A stretch of 64,000 nt of DNA from Treponemataceae bacterium (lineage in GTDB: Bacteria; Spirochaetota; Spirochaetia; Treponematales; Rectinemataceae), in contig CAXXVZ010000004.1 of NCBI GenBank assembly GCA_963678065.2, positions 384,001 through 448,000 on the forward strand, read 5' to 3'. Made by a program: the position numbers and the translations under genes. Of the stretch, positions 37,539 through 47,064 are shown piece by piece. Below the pieces are notes generated by a model that ran no database searches, was not told the DNA's origin, and was given only the letters and a program-made list of their open reading frames with translations. Positions within the stretch are counted from its first letter, which is position 1, and each line of letters begins with the position of its first letter.

Positions 37539-38533
37539 TACTTTACTCCAGGATACAGGAAGGCTGCGAGCGCCTCGAAAGCTTCGGGAAAGCGATCGTT
37601 CGGCTTAAGGAGGAAAAGGTCGTTGGGAAGGAAATGGACCCGTCCATCTTTTACGGCGCGCAGGCTCTTCCATGCATCCGATTCCATGAAATCCTTTCGC
37701 ATTTTGGCGCGAATCTCGCCGAGATCTCCCATCGCTGTCACGAAAATGACGTCGGGATCTTCCATATGAATGCGTTCCAGACTTAAGGGGATGCGGGAAA
37801 AGGAAGCTGTCACTGTTGTTTTCTCTACGATGTTGCGCGCCCCGAGGTAGGTGGCCATGAAAGCCGTATGCGCCAGATCCGTCTCCGCCTGCGCATCGAA
37901 GGTCGAAGCGAAAATCGACAGGAACCGGGGCGCCGGTCTGCCCCGCGTCAGGGCGCATATCGCGTCTACCTTGTCGACGACCGCCCTCGCGCCTGTGTCA
38001 GCGGAGAAGTTCCCACCATTCAACCGATAGAACAGATCCAGAATGCTTATATAATCAGCGTAAGTCTCATACGAGAGCAGAAGCGTCTCGATTCCCGCCC
38101 CGTCGAGTATGTCCTTGAGCGCTCTCTGCTTTTCCATGTTGGCCGCGAGAATGACGAGTGTCGGATCGAGCGAAAGAATGCGCTCGATGTTCGGCGCGGC
38201 AGTGTGCCCTGTCGTCGCTATGCCGCGCGCGACATCGGGAAGATCTGCCCGGCTTTTCGTATCGGGCATGCCGACGGCCACGCCTCCCGCGCGGTACCAC
38301 AACCCGACAAGCGATGTGTAATTAATGATCGCTCGCCTGGGCCGCTTGTGGAGCGCGACCGTCTTGCCATCGGCGCCGCGGCAGGTGACTGTGTCCGCGC
38401 TCTCCGAGATGGCGAGTGTCGGCCTAGACGCCGATGCCATCGTCGACTTCGATGCGTCCTTCGGTCCCGCTGCCCAGGCGGAGGTCGCCATCGCGAACAG
38501 CAGGGCCGCCATGATGATCCTTGATGCCTTCAT
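37538..38533 (-). CDS. Periplasmic binding protein, BtuF/FecB type (likely corrinoid)
   Basis: Signal peptide, PNIERILSLDP, DPDVIF, WKSLRAVKDGRVH; lies in a B12-riboswitch operon. Confidence 0.85.
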   Translation of the reverse strand: MKASRIIMAALLFAMATSAWAAGPKDASKSTMASASRPTLAISESADTVTCRGADGKTVALHKRPRRAIINYTSLVGLWYRAGGVAVGMPDTKSRADLPDVARGIATTGHTAAPNIERILSLDPTLVILAANMEKQRALKDILDGAGIETLLLSYETYADYISILDLFYRLNGGNFSADTGARAVVDKVDAICALTRGRPAPRFLSIFASTFDAQAETDLAHTAFMATYLGARNIVEKTTVTASFSRIPLSLERIHMEDPDVIFVTAMGDLGEIRAKMRKDFMESDAWKSLRAVKDGRVHFLPNDLFLLKPNDRFPEAFEALAAFLYPGVK

Positions 38534-39321
38534 ACATTCCCCTTTTGATTCCCAGCTGCGCCATAGCCGCGCGGTGTCAGTATCCTGTCATGTCTGATCG
38601 TCGATCGGGACGAAGCCACGATCACCACCGTGAACATATCGATCTCGCCCAGATGGCGATTCACCTCGCAAAGGGCGCAGACTCGGGATGCCTGATCTGG
38701 ACGAAGAGCGTTGCGCACGATACCGACGGGCGTCCCGGGACCTCTGGCATCGAGTAGGAGTCGGAGCGATTCGTCGAGCAGTTCCCCTCGCGAACGGCTT
38801 TTCGGGTTATAGAGCGCAATGGCGATATCGGAATCCACAGCGGCGCGGACCCTCCTGAGTATCGTCTCGCGGTCAGTCATGATGTCGCTGAGTGAAACCA
38901 CCATGTAGTCGTTGGCCAAGGGCGAACCGACAAGAGAGGCGGCTGAATTTGCCGCCGTTATTCCCGGAACTACCGTTACGGGAAAGGCGTCGTCGTCCCG
39001 CAGGCGTTCGAGCGCCAGTCCGCCGATGCCGTAGACACAGGCGTCTCCGCTCGCGACAACCGCGACACGGCGACCCTTTCTGGCCGCATCAAGCGCGTAT
39101 TCCGCACGCTCTGCCTCCGCGCGCATCGAACTCACGAAGCGTTCCTTTCCGACGATGAGCGGCGCGATAAGATCAAGGTAAAATCCGTAGCCGACGATGA
39201 AGTCTGCGCTCCCGAGCGCCTTCTCGGCCGCGCGCGTTATATGATCGAGCCCACCCGGGCCTATGCCGACAATCGCGAGGCTTCCGTCCCTGGCATCCCG
39301 GAAAGCAGTGGATGCTTCCAT
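38530..39321 (-). CDS. cbiH: Cobalt-precorrin-3B C17-methyltransferase
   Basis: VGIGPG, IVGYGFY, SGDACVYG, PGITA, SLSD, LYNPKSRSR, ILTPRGY. Confidence 0.9.
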   Translation of the reverse strand: MEASTAFRDARDGSLAIVGIGPGGLDHITRAAEKALGSADFIVGYGFYLDLIAPLIVGKERFVSSMRAEAERAEYALDAARKGRRVAVVASGDACVYGIGGLALERLRDDDAFPVTVVPGITAANSAASLVGSPLANDYMVVSLSDIMTDRETILRRVRAAVDSDIAIALYNPKSRSRGELLDESLRLLLDARGPGTPVGIVRNALRPDQASRVCALCEVNRHLGEIDMFTVVIVASSRSTIRHDRILTPRGYGAAGNQKGNV

Positions 39322-40145
39322 TCCCCGATGGCCGGTTCGACGACCGGTTCGCGAGTCGGTTCGATAACAGACTCGAGGGCCATTTCCTCCTGGTCATCCA
39401 CTCCACCATCCTCGATGGCCACGGCAACGGTGACAGGACCATATATCCGCTTCGGAAAGACAAGCCGGGCGCGCCTGCCCGCGAGCAGGGCGCAGGGTTC
39501 CGCGACCGCGCGCACCCCGATGTTCCGCTCGGCCGCACCGCTCGGAACGTAGGGCCCGTCGTAGCGGTTGATCTCATCTTCAGGTATGAAGAGGAGTGGG
39601 ATGCCAAGTTCTCGGAAGGCCCCGACCAGTCCCGCCTCGCCTCGCTTCAACCTGATGCTGGCGCCATGCCGAAGGTCAGATATCTTCAGCCCCGCCTCCG
39701 AGGTCGCTGCGGTAACAGCGGACTTGACCTCGTCGATCGATACGCCCTTGCGGCATCCGATCCCAATCGTCGCCAGTCTCTTTGTATCCGTTCCCGTCGT
39801 TACGACAGGCTCGGCGCCGGTTGCCGCGGCGACCTCGTACGCCAGTCGGTTAGCCCCACCCTCATGTCCGGACAAGAGGCTAATCGCGAATCGGGCCGCG
39901 CCATCCACGACGACGACAGCGGGATCGGAGAACTTGCTTTTGGCCAGAGGTCCCGCCATGCGCACGGCGATGCCGCAGGCCATCACGCAGACGAGGCCCT
40001 CGTACCCGGCAAAAGCGCGGAGGAAGAGATTTGGGAGTGCTCCGTCGCGGCCGGAACGGAGTTCAACCGTGTCCGGCAGCCACGCAGCTATTTCCCCGGC
40101 CACTTCTCCGCCGGCGGCGTCCAGGGTCAAGACAGCTATTCTCAT
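39261..40145 (-). CDS. cbiG: Cobalt-precorrin-5A hydrolase
   Basis: ACGIAVR, DPAVVVVD, LLSGHEGGAN, VVTTGTD, GIGCRKG, VAEPCA. Confidence 0.9.
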   Translation of the reverse strand: MRIAVLTLDAAGGEVAGEIAAWLPDTVELRSGRDGALPNLFLRAFAGYEGLVCVMACGIAVRMAGPLAKSKFSDPAVVVVDGAARFAISLLSGHEGGANRLAYEVAAATGAEPVVTTGTDTKRLATIGIGCRKGVSIDEVKSAVTAATSEAGLKISDLRHGASIRLKRGEAGLVGAFRELGIPLLFIPEDEINRYDGPYVPSGAAERNIGVRAVAEPCALLAGRRARLVFPKRIYGPVTVAVAIEDGGVDDQEEMALESVIEPTREPVVEPAIGEWKHPLLSGMPGTEASRLSA

Positions 40146-40903
40146 TCGCCGCCGCCTTTCCTGCATCCATGGGAGAACTCAGGATCGTAGAGCCGCGATC
40201 GCCCATAGCCTGAAACGGAGGGATCGAGGACGTGACCTACCAGGATCATGGCCTGTCCGCCAAGCCCCGCCGCCTTCGTCTCGATATCGGCGAGGGTCCC
40301 TTCGATTATCTTCTGGTCGGGCCAGGAGGCGCGGTGCACGAGGCGGACCGGACAATCGGCGCCGTAGGATGGCATGAGTTCGCGGACCAATTCCGCGATG
40401 AGAGTCGCGGACAGGTAGATCGCCATCGTGGCGCCGTGCGCCCCCAGTTTTGCGAGGCCTTCGGCCTCAGGAACCGGCGTCCGGCCGACCGCGCGCGTCA
40501 GGATGAGGGTCTGGCTCAAGCCCGGCAGAGTGAGTTCCCGTTTCAACGCCGCCGCTGCCGCGAAAACCGACGAGACTCCGGGCACAACTTCCACGGGGAT
40601 ATCGTGTCCGGCGCAGAAATCGATCTGTTCCTGGATCGCTCCGTACAGAGAGGGATCTCCGGTATGCAGGCGCACGATAAGCCCATCCTTGTCCGCGTTT
40701 TCCGCGTAGATCGCGACAATCTCCTCCAGCGTCATCCCAGATGAATCCCGGATGGGGATACCTGATCGAACGAAGGCGAGAAGCTCTGGATTCACGAGCG
40801 ATCCGGCATAGATGACGATGTCCGCCGCTTCCAGAAGTCGACGACCCTTTATCGTGATGAGTTCCGGATCCCCGGGGCCTGCGCCGATGATGGCCACCTT
40901 CAT
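40142..40903 (-). CDS. cbiF: Cobalt-precorrin-4 C11-methyltransferase
   Basis: GAGPGDPELIT, YAGSLV, RLHTGDPSLYGAIQEQ, RLYDPEFSH. Confidence 0.93.
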   Translation of the reverse strand: MKVAIIGAGPGDPELITIKGRRLLEAADIVIYAGSLVNPELLAFVRSGIPIRDSSGMTLEEIVAIYAENADKDGLIVRLHTGDPSLYGAIQEQIDFCAGHDIPVEVVPGVSSVFAAAAALKRELTLPGLSQTLILTRAVGRTPVPEAEGLAKLGAHGATMAIYLSATLIAELVRELMPSYGADCPVRLVHRASWPDQKIIEGTLADIETKAAGLGGQAMILVGHVLDPSVSGYGRSRLYDPEFSHGCRKGGGE

Positions 40904-41241
40904 CGGCAGGCCTCCTCATTCTTGCCGGCGCGTGTACCCGGTACCCTCCGAACGCTCCGCGCGGTTCCGATAAGCCCGACGGACAGGTAGCCCTCGGCTT
41001 TCGCGGCGATATCGAGCAGCTCCCCGGCCATTTTCCTCGACTGCCCGACGCCCGCGACCAACCGCGCGTCGGCTTCGAGTCCACGCATCTTCACCCACCG
41101 GGCGAGATCGTGGAGTCTGCCTCCGATCTTGTAGATCACCAGCCGGTCGACCAAGGGCAGAAAGGCGTCCAGGGTTTCGACCGGATCGGGAAGAGGGAGG
41201 AGGACGAGCCCTTCGTCACCCTCCACGAGAGGAAGGCCTAG
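40900..41241 (-). pseudogene. cbiL: 3' fragment of precorrin-2 C20-methyltransferase
   Basis: LGLPLVEGDE...VIYKIG...YLS resembles the CbiL C-terminal half. The N-terminal GxGPGD half is absent; truncation is at the MITE. Confidence 0.72.
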
Positions 41242-41348
41242 TCATAATGAAGTGACCGCCCCGAGCGTAGACGCGTAGGTTGCGCTACGATCGGGAGAAG
41301 GTAGCGTAGAGCTACATACGAAGGAGGCGGTCACTTCATTATGACTAG
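41238..41348. mobile_element. MITE, 111 bp, 23-bp perfect terminal inverted repeats with CTAG ends
   Basis: CTAGTCATAATGAAGTGACCGCC ... GGCGGTCACTTCATTATGACTAG; no coding capacity; separates two gene fragments. Confidence 0.85.
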
Positions 41349-41495
41349 CGTGGATTCATAGCTCATACCGAAACTCACAACCAGAATCCCCTTTTTCACG
41401 GATGTCGCGGGAGTCGCCGGCGCCGCGGCGAGCGTTAGTGCCGAAAACGTGAGGACTGCGAATGTGGTCTTCATTCCCTTCATGGTAAGGTTCAT
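41349..41495 (-). pseudogene. cbiK: 5' fragment of a signal-peptide-bearing CbiK cobaltochelatase
   Basis: GAGGAG RBS, signal peptide, then KKGILVVSFGMSY (CbiK N-terminal motif); cut by the MITE. Confidence 0.8.
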
Positions 41496-41642
41496 GTTCT
41501 GCTCCTCGATTGTTATGGATTTGCCCGGTTTGCTTCCGACGGATTTCCGGAGAGTCTGCCATTGGCCCGTGCGCATCGGGACCGCGGAATGGCCATGGGG
41601 AAATACGAGGGGAGCACACCGAAAACACAGTAAAAAGCTTCC

Positions 41643-42152
41643 TTAGTATTCAATGCCTTCGCGGGCAGCGATGCCCCTGTCGATGTAGTGCTTGAGCGGT
41701 TTCATTTCGGTGACGAGATCGGCGGCCGCGATGAGGCGGGGGTGAGCGTCGCGTCCGGTGATGACGAGTTCGCAGGTCTCAGGTCGCGAGGCTACAAGCT
41801 CGAGGACATCCTCTACAGGCACGAGTCCGCGCGCGACAGCGACGTTGAGTTCGTCCAGAATGACAAGATTGAATGAAGACGAAGCAACTGCGGTTCGTGC
41901 CCGCTCCATTCCGGTGCGGGCGGCCGCCTTGTCGCGGTCAATTACCGGATCGTAGACCGAGCGTGGCGAGCCGAAAAGCTCGTGCGTAACGGTCGGAAGA
42001 AGCTTCAAGGAGAGAGCCTCACCCGAATACTCGTGCTTGAAGAACTGGCCGATGAATACCCGTTGGCCGCGACCTGCGGCGCGCAGCGCGAGGCCGAATG
42101 CGGCCGTCGTCTTGCCCTTGCCGGAACCTGTGTAAATCTGGAAAAAGTTCAT
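41643..42152 (-). CDS. cobO: Cob(I)yrinate a,c-diamide adenosyltransferase (CobO/BtuR)
   Basis: YTGSGKGKTTAAFG, QFFK, LDEL, LVITGR, ADLVTEM, AREGIEY. Confidence 0.92.
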   Translation of the reverse strand: MNFFQIYTGSGKGKTTAAFGLALRAAGRGQRVFIGQFFKHEYSGEALSLKLLPTVTHELFGSPRSVYDPVIDRDKAAARTGMERARTAVASSSFNLVILDELNVAVARGLVPVEDVLELVASRPETCELVITGRDAHPRLIAAADLVTEMKPLKHYIDRGIAAREGIEY

Positions 42153-42287
42153 CCACGAAACCTCGCATGGTTCCGTGCGGAGAGGATGTATCGAAGGGGC
42201 AGGAAAGACCGGAATCCCCGGGGTATGGAAGGGCTCCCGACTCGAGTCTGTCCTGTGCCGGACCACCACGAACCGCACAGAGATAAT

Positions 42288-42548
42288 CGTCACGGCAGGT
42301 CTTCTGGCTTCCGGCTCAAACCTCACGTCCGGCCTTCCCGAACCTTTTTCAGGATCAGTGGCTTTACCAAACGATCGGAATCCACAAAGATTCCATTCGT
42401 TTGGTGCAGGCGCTCGTAACCGGTCACAGCGGCGGGTCCGCTCCCGATTTACCTTTCTGCCCCGAAAGCCGCTTAGCGGATTCAGGAGCAGTGGTCCACG
42501 GGATTCCCTCTTGGCGACAGCGGGTATTCCCGCTGCCGAACCGTAACG
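42288..42548 (-). ncRNA. Cobalamin riboswitch
   Basis: AAGAGGGAATCCCGTG...AAATCGGGAGCGGACCCGCCGCTGTGA...GCCACTG...GGGAAGG...GCCAGAAGACCTGCC (B12 box); P1 CGTTACGG/CCGTGACG; upstream of cobO-cbi. Confidence 0.92.
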
Positions 42549-42556
42549 TCGGATTC

Positions 42557-42586
42557 TCTATACTGCTTTGCCCGGGGCGCTGTCAA
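42557..42586 (-). promoter_or_regulatory. Promoter of the riboswitch-cob operon
   Basis: TTGACA-N18-TATAGA just upstream of the riboswitch. Confidence 0.55.
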
Positions 42587-42658
42587 CCGCGTCCTCACAT
42601 AAAAACCGGAACATTTCTTTGAAAGCGAATCATGCAAAGAACAGTTCCTGCCAGTTCA

Positions 42659-43697
42659 TCAAGCCGCGGTTGCCGAACACTCATCCCGACTGGTTTTCCT
42701 GTAGTATTCCTCTACCGCATTGAAGAAAGCATCGATATTCGCAAGGGGTGTCGTGGGAGGAATATCGCAGCCGGTAGAAATCACCCAATTGGGGTATTCG
42801 CCCAATCGCTCCAACAATTCAGTGGTTGCGGCTGCCACTGATTCTGCCGTTCCATTCCGGAATTCGCCAGATGGATCAAGATTGCCCATGACAAGCATTT
42901 CCGGTGGGTACTTATCGATCACATCCTCAAGCTTGACGGCGTTGCCAAGATGAAAGGCCTGCGCTCCTGTAGCCAGGATGGGATCCACAAGGTTAGCTGT
43001 TGCCGCAATTATGATAGATGACAAGAAAGTTTTCGTCCTGCACCGCGTCGATGATCTGTTTTATGTACACGCTGGAAAAATCGTGACACAGAGATGGAGA
43101 CAGCAGCCCGGCTGCCGGTTCAGCCATGACTATACCGTTCGCGCCGGCCGCCTTGAAAGCCGGAATATATTGAGTAAGGAACTGACTTGCTTTTTGAAGC
43201 ACCCTGTGTGCCGTGTCGGGTTCTATCAGACATTTTATCATTACCTCAGTCATATCCAAGAGGCGCCCGGCCAAAGAGAAAGGACCAATGACGCCAGCCA
43301 ATACAGGTCGGTCAGTGATCAGTTCTACAGCCTTGGAAATCCCCTTGATACATTCGCCGGTCCGGGCCGCACCAATCTTGGGAATCGCAAGAGCCTCAGC
43401 TTCTTCTTCGGTGTCCACCAGACGACCAATTACCGTAGGCACTTCAGCATCTGAATATAAAACCTTGGCCCCAAATGCTTCGGCCTCCACGGACAGATCC
43501 ATATTGCTCAATGAAGCGGCTGAATCATACCTATCTGCAATGGCTTTCATGCATTGCGCCTGCAATTCCCCGTTATCCACCAAATCCCTGACAGTAATGC
43601 CCAGTATCTGAATGCCGGGAAAAGACAGCACCGGCAAAGGTTTTTTAACTGATGTCTCTTTGATATCTTCAACCCATTGGAACATATTACGCTTCAT
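42659..43697 (-). pseudogene. UroD/MtaA-CmuA family methylcobamide methyltransferase, frameshifted at ~42995
   Basis: DLSVEAEAFGA, GPFSLAG, AEP, YHNCG|ANLVD, MGNLDP, STGCDIP; two ORFs in different frames; AAGGAG RBS. Confidence 0.85.
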
Positions 43698-44021
43698 ATG
43701 CTGACTCCTTGTTACAAAAATATTACAAAATTTAGAATGTTAGCATACGCAAAAACATCTTTCTTGTATTTTTTTCCCAAAATAATGAGTTATATAGCTA
43801 TTTTTTTCTACTTTGCGAATAAACGTCTGTGCACAAGTCTACACACAATGACTGCGTTGCGTTCATAAAGGATAAAAAGATTGATTGAAGACGAAGCAAG
43901 TGCGGATCGTATCCGGAGCGGAGGCACGGCCGAATACATCCGTCGTCTTGCCGTGCGGAGACCTGCATCTGGGAAAAATCATCCATGGAGCCTCGCATGT
44001 ATCCACAGCTTACGAGCTAAT

Positions 44022-44840
44022 TCAGCCTGCCACCGATCTGTCCTTTCTTCGTTCGGCAACCTTCGCCGCGAATACGATGAGCGAGCCGACGACGATGATA
44101 GCGGGGCTTGTCGGCAGATCCAGTGTCGCGGCGAGGACGAAGCCGCCATAATTCATCGCGAGGCCGAAGACGCCGCCCCAGACCAGGGTTCCCCGCAGCC
44201 CCACGCGCATTGATCGGGCCGCGAGGGCAGGCAGGATGGTGACCGCGTCGACCATGAGGGCGCCCGTAACCTTCATGGAGAGGCCGATGCCGAGACACAC
44301 GAGGATGACGATTCCGTAGTAAACCGCGCGGGAAGGAATGCCCTGAGCTGCAGCGAGTTCGCGGTCGTAGAGGACTGCACGGATCTCGCGAAAGAAGAGG
44401 CTTATCAGCGCGATCGTCAGTATGGCTCCGCCTGAGGTCAGCGCAAGCTCGCCATCCGAGAGCGCCAGGACACTGCCCCAGAAAAGATCGAAAGCTTCGA
44501 TCGAGTTGACCTCGGATTTATAGAAGAGAATGAAGGAGAGACCGAGGCTCAGAGTCATCACGAGGCCGAGGTTGCCTCCAGCGGAAGCCGTACCATGTTC
44601 GGAAAGCCGCGCGACGCCCGCACCCGCGACAAAGGCCGCAAGCAAGGCCATCGGAAGGGGGTGGACACCGAGAAGGAGTCCGAGAGCCGCGCCGAGGAGG
44701 GATGCGTGCATGACCGCGAAGCGGGCCGGCACGAGCTCCAGCGCGAGGATGAAGGTGCCGAGAGCCGGGAATGCCGCCCCGGTGGCCGCCAGGGCGATGA
44801 GTGCGCGCCTGAAGGGAGGGAGGGCGAGTAGCTCAAACAT
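44022..44840 (-). CDS. Metal ABC transporter permease (ZnuB/MntB family)
   Basis: AVMHASLLG, LFWGSVLA, VTGALMV...LPALAA. Confidence 0.85.
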   Translation of the reverse strand: MFELLALPPFRRALIALAATGAAFPALGTFILALELVPARFAVMHASLLGAALGLLLGVHPLPMALLAAFVAGAGVARLSEHGTASAGGNLGLVMTLSLGLSFILFYKSEVNSIEAFDLFWGSVLALSDGELALTSGGAILTIALISLFFREIRAVLYDRELAAAQGIPSRAVYYGIVILVCLGIGLSMKVTGALMVDAVTILPALAARSMRVGLRGTLVWGGVFGLAMNYGGFVLAATLDLPTSPAIIVVGSLIVFAAKVAERRKDRSVAG

Positions 44841-45525
44841 CGCTCATTCCAACACGGCTCTTGCCGAAATCGAGATAGGTGTCGCACAAGATCAGAAGCT
44901 CGCGATCGTGGGATACGAGAAGCATCGAGGCCGCTTTCTCCCGCGCGAGGGATCCCAGAAGTTCGACGATGCCTCTCCGCCCGGCTGTGTCGAGATGCGA
45001 GCCTGGTTCGTCAAAGAGGAGGAGTTCGGGTTCGGCAGCGAGAGCCCGCGCTATTGCGACGCGCTGGTACTGTCCTCCCGAGAGCTCCTGCACGGCGCGA
45101 CGCGCGAGGGTGTCGACTCCGGCCCTCTCCATCGCCGCCCGGATCGCGCGATGATCGTCAGCACAGGTTCTCCCGAGAAAACCTATCCTGCCATATCGCC
45201 CGAGCCCGACGGCCTCCTCTACAGAGAGTCGCAGCTGCCCGGGCGGCCGGGATTGGGGAACATAGCCGAGTCTTGAAAGCAGGCCACGGAAACCTCGCTC
45301 GCCGCGCATGAGTCCCATCAGTCTCAGAGTCCCGGCGCTCGGCGCGTGAAGCCCGAGGCAAGCCTTGAGAAAGGTCGACTTCCCGGCGCCGTTCGGCCCG
45401 CGGAGACCGACGATCCGGTCTCTCTCCCCATCGATCCTGAGCGATACATCCTCCAGGACCTTGACGGGGCCGTAGCCAAGGGATAAGCCCTCGGCCACGA
45501 GAAGGGGTGGGCAGTCAGTGCTCAT
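44833..45525 (-). CDS. Metal ABC transporter ATPase
   Basis: GPNGAGKST, LGYVPQ, LSGGQYQR, FDEP, SHD. Confidence 0.88.
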   Translation of the reverse strand: MSTDCPPLLVAEGLSLGYGPVKVLEDVSLRIDGERDRIVGLRGPNGAGKSTFLKACLGLHAPSAGTLRLMGLMRGERGFRGLLSRLGYVPQSRPPGQLRLSVEEAVGLGRYGRIGFLGRTCADDHRAIRAAMERAGVDTLARRAVQELSGGQYQRVAIARALAAEPELLLFDEPGSHLDTAGRRGIVELLGSLAREKAASMLLVSHDRELLILCDTYLDFGKSRVGMSDV

Positions 45526-46285
45526 TTCTTGCGGTTTTTGCCGCGGCGAGGAAGGATCGCTCGTTGAGGGCAAAGACATCCTCGATTGTCCTCGTCCCTT
45601 CCAGGCCGGGGAAATTCACCAGCGTAACAAGGGGAGCGCCCGCCGCCTCGACGAGCGCCTTTCCCGAAGGATTGTGGTAATTGTCGATCACGAGAGCGGG
45701 TCTGGCCTTGATGAGATCGAAAAGCAGGGCCGGCGAAGGCTCGCCAGGTCCGAATGTGCCGACAACCTCGAAGCCGAGCCACTCGGCGTAGGTCTTCAGA
45801 TACTTGTGGACGGCGACGCGCCTGTCGGGGAAGGCCGCGGCTACTCTGGCCTTCATGGACTCGGTAGTGGCATCGAATGATCGGACCCAGGACTCATAGA
45901 GCGGCAGCGTGCCGAACAGGATGGCCAGTTTCCGCGTCTCGGACTTGAAGGTCTCGGGGAGATTGTCCGTGTAGACTTCGGCGATCACAAGCCCCTGGCT
46001 CCCGGCGGTCTCGGCGAGGCGCTTCGCGAAACGCTCGTAGCCTGAATGGACGAGAAAGCGGGAGCCCGCGACGGCCAGGAGATCGGATGGCTTGATTTCA
46101 TACTCGGGCGGGTGTCGGAGTTCAAGGGGAGCTATGATCACGATATCGCGGGCGCCCGCCGCACGGGCGAAGGCCGCGGTCCAGGATGTCGAGGCAACAA
46201 CGCGGAAGGGAGCGACCGTCTGGGCGGGAAGAGCCGCGGCCGCGAAAGCGAGGATCGCGCAGGCGATGAGAAATCTGTGTTTCAT
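45515..46285 (-). CDS. Metal ABC substrate-binding protein (divergent ZnuA/TroA-like)
   Basis: Signal peptide, VVASTSW, HPPEYEIKPSD, VIDNYHN, NFPG. Confidence 0.78.
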   Translation of the reverse strand: MKHRFLIACAILAFAAAALPAQTVAPFRVVASTSWTAAFARAAGARDIVIIAPLELRHPPEYEIKPSDLLAVAGSRFLVHSGYERFAKRLAETAGSQGLVIAEVYTDNLPETFKSETRKLAILFGTLPLYESWVRSFDATTESMKARVAAAFPDRRVAVHKYLKTYAEWLGFEVVGTFGPGEPSPALLFDLIKARPALVIDNYHNPSGKALVEAAGAPLVTLVNFPGLEGTRTIEDVFALNERSFLAAAKTARNEH

Positions 46286-46527
46286 GGTGTGAGTCCGTTT
46301 CGGGGTGATCGTGCGGCATCGTGCCGCGAAAGGGCGCTTCCTGCGTCCTGAAACCGCGACCGACAAAAGACAACGTCTTTTGTCGAAACGCGCTGATGAA
46401 AGGATGAGCGGAAGGCGAACCCGCGGTTCGAGCTGCCAGCAAAGCGTACGTCACGTGCGCCATTTACACAGATAGCGCCGCCAGTAAGGCAGGGACAATC
46501 CGCACCGGCTTCATGCCGAGAGGTGTA

Positions 46528-46950
46528 TTATACCGGGCCGAGTCTTTCCTTGGCCAGTGCCGCGGCTTCGTCGAGAAGGCGGCCAAGAGGTTTTTGTTCC
46601 ACTCCCGCGAGTATGAAGTGCTCTTGGGCGACAGGTACAAGGATACGCTCGCCCGGAGCGCGGAGAACGGCCTCAGCCATGGCCGGCGTGATCTCGCCGA
46701 GCATGCCGTTCGGGATGACGATCCCGATGGGCCCCATGACGAGGTCCCCGAGGCCGACCGAGATCTGGATGGCGTTCTCGCCGCTCGCGCCGCGATCGGC
46801 TCCCGCCTTGACCATCCGCTCGGTCGCGCCGGAGTTCGCTCCGAGGGCGATGATCTCGACTCCGTTTCCCACGGATTCCCGGACACGCCCCACGAGCTGG
46901 GAGCCTATGCCCCCTCCCATACCGTCCACGATTACGATGCGTTTTTTCAT
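46528..46950 (-). CDS. DUF3842-like protein
   Basis: IVDGMGGGIG, ALGANSGAT, ASGENAI, MLGEITPAMAEAV. Confidence 0.78.
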   Translation of the reverse strand: MKKRIVIVDGMGGGIGSQLVGRVRESVGNGVEIIALGANSGATERMVKAGADRGASGENAIQISVGLGDLVMGPIGIVIPNGMLGEITPAMAEAVLRAPGERILVPVAQEHFILAGVEQKPLGRLLDEAAALAKERLGPV

Positions 46951-47064
46951 ACAGGCAAAACTACCCGCAGTGCCGGGCTGTGTCAAGAAAGCGCAGATAC
47001 CAGTCTATGCCGTCGATGGAGCGAAAACCTTGTACTGAGCGAATCCGTATCACCGAGCCGCGAT

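Noticed and set aside
41500..41640. Second riboswitch between cobO and cbiK
   Set aside because: Some hairpin potential, but no B12 box or other recognisable consensus.
43711..43730. ATATTACAAA half-site matching the 40-bp palindrome
   Set aside because: Only 10 nt, within an AT-rich tract and without the dyad partner.
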